A stretch of DNA of 64,000 nt, from positions 1 through 64,000 of the forward strand of contig JALAGF010001249.1 in assembly GCA_030167865.1 (NCBI GenBank). The letters are read 5' to 3'. The first letter of the stretch is position 1. The number at the start of each line of letters is the position of its first letter. Shown piece by piece: positions 12,942 through 20,874 of this stretch. Source of the DNA: Craspedostauros australis (Eukaryota). The position numbers were made by a program, and so were the translations under genes. The notes under the pieces are model-generated. The model saw only the letters and a program-made list of their open reading frames with translations, was not told the origin of the DNA and did not search any database.

Positions 12942-14822
12942 CTACGACCGCAGCGGCGCTCCTTCGGTGGTGACGTAATGGTACGCCGCTTCGAGGCCGA
13001 TGCAGGTGATGCCCATGCGCTCAAAGAACTCCTGAACACGCTGCAAATCGCGGCGCAGCCATTTCTCGGCGTTGGGGTGCTTGTGATTGACGGCCTGTCC
13101 AAAGTCGATCAGCGCGACCTGCAGGGCTTCCTTGTCGTCGGGGTCGTCGAACATGAGCTTGCTGGGACACACGAGGATGTTGTACTCGCTGAGATCGCCG
13201 TGCACGAGATGCGCCTTGGTGTAGAGCAACTGCACGGCCTCCATGGTCTGTTCGTAAAGCGAGGTCCACTTCTTGCTGCCCTTCTTGATGTCGATCTCGC
13301 GCAACTGCGGCGACGGCCAACCTTCTTCGCCCAAAAAGCGCATGAAGAGGACGTTGTCGTTGTACGAGAGAGGCTTCGGTACCGGCACGCCGCTGCGCTC
13401 CGCACGGATCAGATTGCGATACTCCTTCTCCGTCCACATGCCGAGCTGCTCCCGCGGACCCGCCTTGCTGAAATTCTTGCGCGTAAAGCGCGTGTCGCCC
13501 GTGACGTAGTCTCCACGATTGCGGAACTCCTGGATGCGCTTGAAGACCTTGATGGCCACGTCGTGACCGCCACTTTCCGTGCCTTGCAGGGCGTGGTACA
13601 CCATGGCCTCCTTGCCTTCCTTGACGGTGCCGTTGAACTTCTCGATGAGGCCGTTGTTGATGGCCTTCGTGATCTCCAATCGCGTCGTGCCGTCCAGCGC
13701 GCCCTCTCTGGTTCGTTCGGCGTCCGTGTTGGCACGGCCGTGGCCATGGGCGGCGACGCCCTTGACCGTGCGCTTCTTGAAGGCGGAGCGGAAGGAATTG
13801 AATGCCTTGTTGCCGACGTGGATGGGACCGTCCTCGAAGTCGAGCTGCATGCGATGGGCGTTGGCCTGCGCCTGAAGGCGAGGATCGTGCTTGGTGCGAA
13901 TCTCCTTGTTGGGACCCATGATGGCGTCGCTGTCGACCCTGGCCCATTGCGATGCTTTCGATGAATTGATTCGGAACCCCGCTTCCTCCGGAAGGAATGC
14001 GCCGTCATCATCATAAGGGTCCAGATCGGATTGCGCAGGCGGCGGCTGGACGGCTCCTCCCTCCTGCTCCTTGAGGTACTCTGCACGCGTCATGGTTCGG
14101 ACGTGGCCCTGCTTGAGCTGGGTGCTGCCGACCGAAACGTGCTTGGCCGCCGATGGTTTGCTGTTCTCCTGATCCTGCAGATGCAATGCCAGCTGAAAGG
14201 ATTCTGCCAATTCGCGCGCCTCCGCCTCCTTCAAGGCCTTCTGAATCAGTTCCATCTCGGCCTCGGAGATGGCGTCGTTGGCATCGGCTGATGGTGCCAC
14301 TGCTGCTGCTGGAACTGCCGCTGAACTCGCTTCCTGCTCCAACGACAATCGAATCGCCCTCTGGATTTCATCTTCCTCCGACGATGCTGTGGTTGACACA
14401 TCCTGCGACACAGGCTGCTCCATCAGAGAAGCCTCCATGGCCGCCTTGAGGACGGCATCATCTTGTTGGATGAGCTTGTTGGCGTGCGATATCTCCGCCT
14501 CCTCTGCCATGATGGAGAGTAGGCTGGCCTTCTTCTGACCGCCGTTGTTCTGCTTTGCTTGGGCAGGCTGTGCAGCAGTAACAGTAGTAGTAGTAGTAGA
14601 GGTAGGAATGCCAGCCGGCTTGCCCCATGCCATCTTGATGGGTGCTGCTCTGGTGATGACCGTCGGTTCCATGTTGCTGTTTGCTTTTTCTTGAGTTGTT
14701 GTTGTAGTTGTTGTTGCTGTGGCTTCCGTCGAAGATTGTGATGCGGATGGTATCATTGCTTGCGATTCTTCTTTGCTTGGTTTATGATCAGATGCTGCGT
14801 TGCTGTCCTTGTCGGTCGTCAT
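12942..14822 (-). CDS. RIO-family atypical Ser/Thr kinase, RIO1/RIO3 type with RIOK3-like N-terminal extension (626 aa)
   Basis: Motifs GKEAMVYHA, AIKVFK, WTEKEYRNL, VLFMRFLG..GWPSPQL, LVHGDLSEYNIL, LIDFGQAV..HPNA. Upstream TKHD motif and UIM-like helices. Confidence 0.92.
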   Translation of the reverse strand: MTTDKDSNAASDHKPSKEESQAMIPSASQSSTEATATTTTTTTQEKANSNMEPTVITRAAPIKMAWGKPAGIPTSTTTTTVTAAQPAQAKQNNGGQKKASLLSIMAEEAEISHANKLIQQDDAVLKAAMEASLMEQPVSQDVSTTASSEEDEIQRAIRLSLEQEASSAAVPAAAVAPSADANDAISEAEMELIQKALKEAEARELAESFQLALHLQDQENSKPSAAKHVSVGSTQLKQGHVRTMTRAEYLKEQEGGAVQPPPAQSDLDPYDDDGAFLPEEAGFRINSSKASQWARVDSDAIMGPNKEIRTKHDPRLQAQANAHRMQLDFEDGPIHVGNKAFNSFRSAFKKRTVKGVAAHGHGRANTDAERTREGALDGTTRLEITKAINNGLIEKFNGTVKEGKEAMVYHALQGTESGGHDVAIKVFKRIQEFRNRGDYVTGDTRFTRKNFSKAGPREQLGMWTEKEYRNLIRAERSGVPVPKPLSYNDNVLFMRFLGEEGWPSPQLREIDIKKGSKKWTSLYEQTMEAVQLLYTKAHLVHGDLSEYNILVCPSKLMFDDPDDKEALQVALIDFGQAVNHKHPNAEKWLRRDLQRVQEFFERMGITCIGLEAAYHYVTTEGAPLRS

Positions 14823-14869
14823 GGCACGAGCAGCGTATCGGAGGATGCGAAAGAGATGCTCAACGCAAG

Positions 14870-14935
14870 TGATGAATGATGGATGGATGGATGGATGGAT
14901 GGATGGATGAATGAATGATGGATGAATGATGGCTG
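14870..14935. repeat. (GGAT)n/(GAAT)n microsatellite just upstream of the RIO kinase start
   Basis: Directly visible. Confidence 0.9.
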
Positions 14936-15466
14936 GCTATGGTACACGCACTCGCATGTACTATACGTAGTCGTACCAACAGATCGCAGTCGTGCACAAA
15001 CTGACGAACACAGTCGAAGATGGCGGATGCCGGAAGAGGTCGGACCTGTTGTTGTTGTTGTTGTTGTTGTGTCAGCTGCGTACGACTACAACTACAACTG
15101 CTCATACGATCCACCACACGAGTGCAACACAACATGAACACAGCACAAGGACGTGCAAATCGAATGGATGGCAACAACATCAGCCCCCCTTGGATTCGAT
15201 GCCGTTCCAACCAAGACCAACACGCTCGTTTGCCAAACGTGGAATAACACGATTGGAACAGATCACTATGACTACTTGGAATCATCCTTCACAAGACTCA
15301 AGACAAGTGCATCCACGAGTGACGAAGTTGGAAGATCCAGTCACAAATGTGCACGCGCCCTTGATGAGTCCATGTGCTACTACGCACGTAGTAGTACGAC
15401 CAACAATGATCATGATGGATCTTCACCTCCCGATCATCACACTCTCATACTCAGCCATGCCACTGA

Positions 15467-15510
15467 CTGCACATTGACTGGCTGCACACTGACCGACTGC
15501 ACAGTTGACC
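15467..15510 (+). repeat. Three imperfect 15-bp direct repeats (CTGCACA..TGAC) abutting the ATG at 15511
   Basis: CTGCACA occurs at 15467, 15482 and 15497 (exact 15-nt period), each followed by TGAC. Confidence 0.75.
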
Positions 15511-17397
15511 ATGACAGAACAGGCTGCGACGATCATCATCACCGGCGGCGGTGGATTCCTGGGACAATGCCTGGCATGCGAGCTGCTGAAGACGAAGACG
15601 GCAAAGTACCAATCTCAGGATGTCTCCATCGCGAAGATCATCCTGGCGGACATCGCATTCCCACCCACGTTGGCCGCTGCGATTGAGGAAGCCACCGCCA
15701 TCGTGGAGAAGGTCCCGGGCGACGTCTCCTCGCGATCCTTCTGCGACAGCCTCTATGCGAAGATCGACCACGCCGCCACCACGCACGTCTCCGTCTTCCA
15801 TCTGGGCGCGGTCATGAGCGGCGACGGCGAGCGCGACTTCGATCTCTGCATGAACGTCAACCTGCACGGCTTCCTCAACATGATCGAAGCCGCGCGTCGC
15901 AACGTCCACGACAAACACGGCTACGCCCCCAAGTTCCTCTTCGCCTCGGCCGGCGCCATCATCGGATCGGGCGCCGCCACGGATTACATCACGAAGGACG
16001 ACACCATCTGCGATGCCACGCGCGCGACGCCGCACACGACCTACGGCGCCACGAAGGCCTGCTGCGAATTGCTCCTGTCGGATTACGCGCGCCGCGGATT
16101 CGTCAATGGACGCGCGCTGCGGTTGCCCACGATCGCCGTCAGGGCCGGCAAGCCCAACGCGGCGACGACGTCCTGCTTTTCGGCCGTCGTGCGCGAGCCG
16201 TTGGCCGGTGTCGATGTGGCGCTGCCCATCGCGGCGCACGTGCTGCATGCCATCACGAGCAAGCGCGCGGCCATCGCGGGGATGATCATGCTGCACGATG
16301 CGACGAAGGAGGTCGTGCAGGATGTGTTGGGATACGATCGCACCGTGTTTTTGCCGGCCAAGGCGCTGTCGCTCGACGATCTGCATCAGGCGCTGCTGAA
16401 GGTCGTGGCACCGGATAGTCAGGACAAGCTGGGCAAGATCACGTACGACGTCGATCAGCGGTTGAGCGATATCGTCTCCAGCTTTCCGACCAAGATCGAT
16501 GCTGCACGCGCGCACAAGATCGGGATTCCGCCGTCGCCCTCGGCCGAGACCATCGTGAGGGAGTACATGGAGGACTTCTCGTCGGCCGTGGTGGATGACA
16601 TTGCATCAACGGATGTTTCGGCCGCAACGTCAGCGCTGCACAGCAAGGAAGGCCTCAAGGTCGCGGTCGTCACGGGTGGTGGATCCGGAATCGGCAGAGG
16701 CGTCGCGCAACGACTGGCACGCGGTGGCTGGACCATCGTGCTGGCGGGACGACGCATGAACACCCTCAAGGAAACCGAGGTGTCGTTGGATGGTTCGGAT
16801 CATCTGTGCGTGCGCACCGATGTGTCGGTGGAGAGCGAAGTGCGACAGCTCTTTGACATGGTGCGTTCCACGTACGGACGCCTCGACGTCCTGTTCAACA
16901 ACGCCGGCATCAACTGCCCGGCCGCCTCCATCGAGGACATCACGGCCAAGGACTTTGAATCCGTCTTCCAGGTCAACGTCACGGGCCCCTTCCTCTGCGC
17001 CAAGCACGCCATCCAGCTCATGAAGGAGAACGGCGGCGGCCGCATCATCAATAACGGCAGCATCTCCGCGCACGTGCCGCGTCCCGGTTCCGCCCCGTAC
17101 ACGGCCGCCAAGCACGCCGTCCTGGGCCTGACCAAATGCATCGCCTTGGACGGCCGCGCCTGCAACGTGGCGTGCGGTCAGATCGATTTTGGCAACGTCG
17201 TCAGCGCCTTGAGCATGGCCACGAACAAGGTCGGCAGCGGGGCCATGCAGGCCAACGGCACGCAGATGGTCGAGCCCACCATGTCGATGGAAGATGCGGC
17301 GGAGACGCTGTGGACCATGGTCAATCTGCCGCTGACGGCCAACGTCCTCCAGATGACCGTCATGGCGACGCAAATGCCATTTGTTGGGCGTGGTTAA
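15511..17397 (+). CDS. Two-domain SDR fusion: extended SDR (D-erythronate dehydrogenase DenD-like) + classical SDR (628 aa, intronless)
   Basis: N-domain: TGGGGFLG, LADI, HLGAVMSGDGERDFDL, YGATK, LRLPTIAVRAGKPNAATTSCFSAVVREPLAG. C-domain from ~16654: TGGGSGIG, AGRR, NNAG, INNGSISAHVPRP, YTAAK, ending MATQMPFVGRG. Confidence 0.9.
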   Translation: MTEQAATIIITGGGGFLGQCLACELLKTKTAKYQSQDVSIAKIILADIAFPPTLAAAIEEATAIVEKVPGDVSSRSFCDSLYAKIDHAATTHVSVFHLGAVMSGDGERDFDLCMNVNLHGFLNMIEAARRNVHDKHGYAPKFLFASAGAIIGSGAATDYITKDDTICDATRATPHTTYGATKACCELLLSDYARRGFVNGRALRLPTIAVRAGKPNAATTSCFSAVVREPLAGVDVALPIAAHVLHAITSKRAAIAGMIMLHDATKEVVQDVLGYDRTVFLPAKALSLDDLHQALLKVVAPDSQDKLGKITYDVDQRLSDIVSSFPTKIDAARAHKIGIPPSPSAETIVREYMEDFSSAVVDDIASTDVSAATSALHSKEGLKVAVVTGGGSGIGRGVAQRLARGGWTIVLAGRRMNTLKETEVSLDGSDHLCVRTDVSVESEVRQLFDMVRSTYGRLDVLFNNAGINCPAASIEDITAKDFESVFQVNVTGPFLCAKHAIQLMKENGGGRIINNGSISAHVPRPGSAPYTAAKHAVLGLTKCIALDGRACNVACGQIDFGNVVSALSMATNKVGSGAMQANGTQMVEPTMSMEDAAETLWTMVNLPLTANVLQMTVMATQMPFVGRG

Positions 17398-17585
17398 TCG
17401 TCATTGTTGTTGGTGGTGGTCGTGGTGGTGTTGGAATGGCCATTGAAGGAATGGAGGAATCAATGACTAGAGTCGATAGCTAACATTGTACTCACTACAT
17501 ACATGTATATATAGAGAGACGGAGAGAGAGCAACATCAAGTCTGCTGCTCTACTGTACTGTACTGTACTGCACCCATGTTCTATT

Positions 17586-18503
17586 CTACTTGCAGCCATC
17601 CCTACACCATGGGCATGCATCGGTGGTCCCATTCTCATGACACACGCAGCAACACCCCAACGACTGCGCCTCCGTCCACCCTGCATCCTCCACGATCATT
17701 TCCAGTTGTGGCACAACATCGTCGTCATCGCAGTTGCCGTTGCTGTTGCCGTTCGTTACGTTGCCATCCACAGCTGCCACATCATTGCTCGTCTTATCGG
17801 ACACCGCCGCCGCATCGACGCGATATTGCGCAACATCCACCACCGCCCCATCTTCGCAACACTGCAACAACCACGCGACATCGACCAACGCAATCTTGCG
17901 CTTGACGGCCTTGCGCACACGCTGCGTGGCATGGTGGATCGCCGAGGGCGTGCAGACGACGTAGCGCACTCTCTTGTGCACCTGCGTCGTGACGGTCGCG
18001 CCCAGATTCTGCGCTAGGTCGCGCACGGTCTTGTAAGAATGCTCGTGCGTTTTGCCGCGCTCTTCCAACGTCGATATGGAGAGGATCATGCCGTGCAAGG
18101 GTGGTTTGGATGGTGATTGCTGGTGTGGCTTCTTCTTCTTCTTTCGTTTCTTGGGAGGCGCCTTTGATGGGGCGTCGTTTGGCTTGCCGCTTGGTTCATC
18201 TGCGGCAGCTGGTCGTGGTGGTGATGATGATGATGATGATGATACAGCAACACCGGTCTGATCTGCTGCCATCATCCCCGTTGCTTCCAAAGATGGTTCA
18301 TCATAAGAGCACTCATGCGACTCCGCATCGCGATCATTCTGCAGTTGATGCTCATGCTGTGCTTTCACTGATCGTTTCTGCTTGGAACTGCCACTCGTGG
18401 CACGATCGCCATGCTTCTCTTCTTTCCGTTTCTTCTTGGATGCCTTCTTCGCCTTCCTTGCGACCTTCTTGTCATGCTTGGCATCGCTCTTGACCTTCGC
18501 CAT
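17586..18503 (-). CDS. Small BRCT-domain protein with Lys-rich N-terminus and Cys-rich C-terminus (305 aa)
   Basis: BRCT-like pattern LHGMILSIS..LGATVTTQVHKRVRYVVC..KAVKRKIALVDVAWLLQC. NLS-like PPKKRKKKKK. Terminal CCCVCH..CPWC..C. Confidence 0.8.
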   Translation of the reverse strand: MAKVKSDAKHDKKVARKAKKASKKKRKEEKHGDRATSGSSKQKRSVKAQHEHQLQNDRDAESHECSYDEPSLEATGMMAADQTGVAVSSSSSSSPPRPAAADEPSGKPNDAPSKAPPKKRKKKKKPHQQSPSKPPLHGMILSISTLEERGKTHEHSYKTVRDLAQNLGATVTTQVHKRVRYVVCTPSAIHHATQRVRKAVKRKIALVDVAWLLQCCEDGAVVDVAQYRVDAAAVSDKTSNDVAAVDGNVTNGNSNGNCDDDDVVPQLEMIVEDAGWTEAQSLGCCCVCHENGTTDACPWCRDGCK

Positions 18504-18897
18504 GGCTTTCTATCCGTCCCGTATTCCCAATTCCCTCTCCTGGCCGTTCCTCATTTGATGAGAACATGTGTTGTGGTTGGTGACCGGATTCGTTTCCAAA
18601 ATCATGAAATCGTGAGAAAACACGTTCATCCGTTGTGGTGGGAGTTGAAGTACTCTACGAAGGACAGACGCGCAGACCGATTCAATGAGGATTTGGCGCC
18701 ATCTTCAATCACGATCGTCAATCACGAGCGAAGAAAAACGCTCATCGAAATGACCATAACGAACCTCGTTCCACGCTGGACGCCGTTGTGCCTCTGTGCA
18801 GGAACTCGCTGTGCCATGTGTACTATTATAATATAATATTATAATACAACCAAGGAGCAACGCTTGTTGGAATCTGCAGTGTCGTGGGAAGGTGCGG

Positions 18898-20529
18898 ATG
18901 GTTGCCACAGCAGCCGCAATTGATGCCATGACAGCGAAAAGCAAGAGCACGCGCAGGAAGACGAAGGAACGGAATGTCCTGCGCCTCATCGGAATCTTCG
19001 TGCTGTTTCAGTTCCTTCTGATGTGCCATCTGGTGCTGCGATTGGATCAGCATGCAACGGCGTCCGCGCAAGCTTCCGTGAAGAAGGAACGCAAGTTGAG
19101 CGATGCCAATGCGCCGGGTCTGTCGCGGCCGCCCAAGCCGCTGCATCCGATCGAGCAGCCGGTGTCGGCCACCGCGTCTGTGCAGGGTCAGTCTCAAGAT
19201 CATAGTCAGGATGGCAACAAAGAACAAGAGAAGAAGGAAGAGGACAAGGAAAAGGAAGAGGACAAAGAAGAGGACAAGGAAAAGGAAAAGGAACGCTCTG
19301 ATGATCAGAAGCAGCCTCCGCCACAACCCGCATCCCAGACGAAGACAAAACCCAAGCAAGGCAGGATAGAACGCGCTCCTCCAGACTTGCTCAGAAAGCT
19401 GATGGACGATTCCAAGGACGGCAGCTGTCCTCAACGACCGGAAGGTGGACCCCATATCCTCGCTTTCATCATACCGTTCCGCGATGCCTCGGTCGATCTG
19501 CGCAGCCAGGGTCTGGGACGAGAGCAGAACCTGCAGCAGTGGCTCCAGTACATGCGCAACACCTTGCCGCTCTCCATCGTGCAGTCCTCCCACGTCTTCA
19601 TAGTGGAGCAGACGCAAGGCGACGTCTTCAACAAGGGCCTCCTCTTCAACGCGGGATACGACTTCGTCTTTGAGAAGCACCACCCGTGCCTCTTCGATTA
19701 CATGGTCCTGCATGATGTGGATCAGATACCGACCGAAGCGACGGCGAGATTCGCCTACGACTTTCGTCCCGTGCCCACCAAACTCATCGCGCAGACGACG
19801 CGCAAGAAGAACGCCGACGCGCCGGAGGAATCGCGCAAGCTCTTCACCTCCAACGTCGGCGGGGCCCTCATGATGCAGCCCGAGACGTACCGACGCGTCA
19901 ACGGATTCTCAAACGCCTTCCAGGGTTGGGGCGGAGAGGATGAGAACATGGCCGTGCGCATCCGCTCGTACAATAAGAAGAAGCACGCGACGATCGCGAA
20001 TGGCATGTTCCGCGAGCTATACCACACGCGCGTCGAAGGGTTGGATGGTGGCAAGTACTACCTCTCCAACAAGGCCCGCACGCGCAGGGATCTCAAGACG
20101 GGGCTCGTGGATCTCACCTACCAGCTGCAGCAGCAGAATCAGTTCGATGTGCAGGGTTGGCCCGTCACGCGTCTTCTCGTCGATCCGCCCAAGATCAAGC
20201 TGGCGGATCCGGCGCAGGTCAAGGTCGCGCAAGTGGAAGCTGCGAAGCAGGCCGCCATGAACAATCGTGTTGCTGCGGGGCGGCGCAGACCGGATATGGT
20301 CATTGCGACGCAACAACAAAAGCAGCACAAGCAGCAGCAGCAGGAAGCAAGAGAACAACAAGCAAGGGAAATCTTGCAACAAGTAGAAGAGCAGCAACAG
20401 GCACGACTGGTGCAGGAACTAGCAGACGCCGATCCCAAGAATCGCCCGTTGCGTGCGGTGGCGATGTTGGAGAAGGGGTTGATGAAGAAGGGATTGCATC
20501 TGCGAGATGTTCATCATGAAGAGTGGTAG
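18898..20529 (+). CDS. Glycosyltransferase family 7 (beta-1,4-galactosyltransferase-like), type II membrane protein
   Basis: Motifs IIPFRD, FNKGLLFNAG, LHDVD (DxD), GGAL, VNGFSNAFQGWGGEDE. Basic N-tail, one TM and a charged stem. Start could be the ATG at 18928. Confidence 0.9.
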   Translation: MVATAAAIDAMTAKSKSTRRKTKERNVLRLIGIFVLFQFLLMCHLVLRLDQHATASAQASVKKERKLSDANAPGLSRPPKPLHPIEQPVSATASVQGQSQDHSQDGNKEQEKKEEDKEKEEDKEEDKEKEKERSDDQKQPPPQPASQTKTKPKQGRIERAPPDLLRKLMDDSKDGSCPQRPEGGPHILAFIIPFRDASVDLRSQGLGREQNLQQWLQYMRNTLPLSIVQSSHVFIVEQTQGDVFNKGLLFNAGYDFVFEKHHPCLFDYMVLHDVDQIPTEATARFAYDFRPVPTKLIAQTTRKKNADAPEESRKLFTSNVGGALMMQPETYRRVNGFSNAFQGWGGEDENMAVRIRSYNKKKHATIANGMFRELYHTRVEGLDGGKYYLSNKARTRRDLKTGLVDLTYQLQQQNQFDVQGWPVTRLLVDPPKIKLADPAQVKVAQVEAAKQAAMNNRVAAGRRRPDMVIATQQQKQHKQQQQEAREQQAREILQQVEEQQQARLVQELADADPKNRPLRAVAMLEKGLMKKGLHLRDVHHEEW

Positions 20530-20874
20530 AGCTGCTGCGCTCGAGGTGGATTCCGTGCAGGCCAAAGACAATAGACTCCATTCTTAGACAATGCAAATGC
20601 AACGAATGCCTAATGCAACGAATGAATGCGGATACTCATACTTACAGTACAGTGCGATCTCCAGCATGTTTAGTGTTATTGCTCTGTAGCAGCAGGTTTG
20701 TTACGAACGAACGGGTATTTCCAATGAAGATAGCCTTAACTCGCCCACCTCATTGTGAAACCCTTGTGTACCGTGCTAGCATTGACGTAGATTCATCGTT
20801 CCCTCTCCGCGATAGCGCTGTATCCACCTGGACTCCGAACGTCACCACAAAGCATGACAATGAGCTCAAACAAG

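Noticed and set aside
12900-13964. 354-aa plus-strand ORF and similar long antisense ORFs (1198-2142, 4613-5671, 15451-16515, 20854-21912, 43996-44856, 45212-45958)
   Set aside because: They mirror well-supported genes on the other strand. GC3-biased codon use leaves antisense frames open, and they contain no recognisable motifs.
15511-17397. Bacterial contamination as explanation for the SDR fusion
   Set aside because: It is flanked closely by clearly eukaryotic genes and SSR-rich spacers, and its codon style matches its neighbours.
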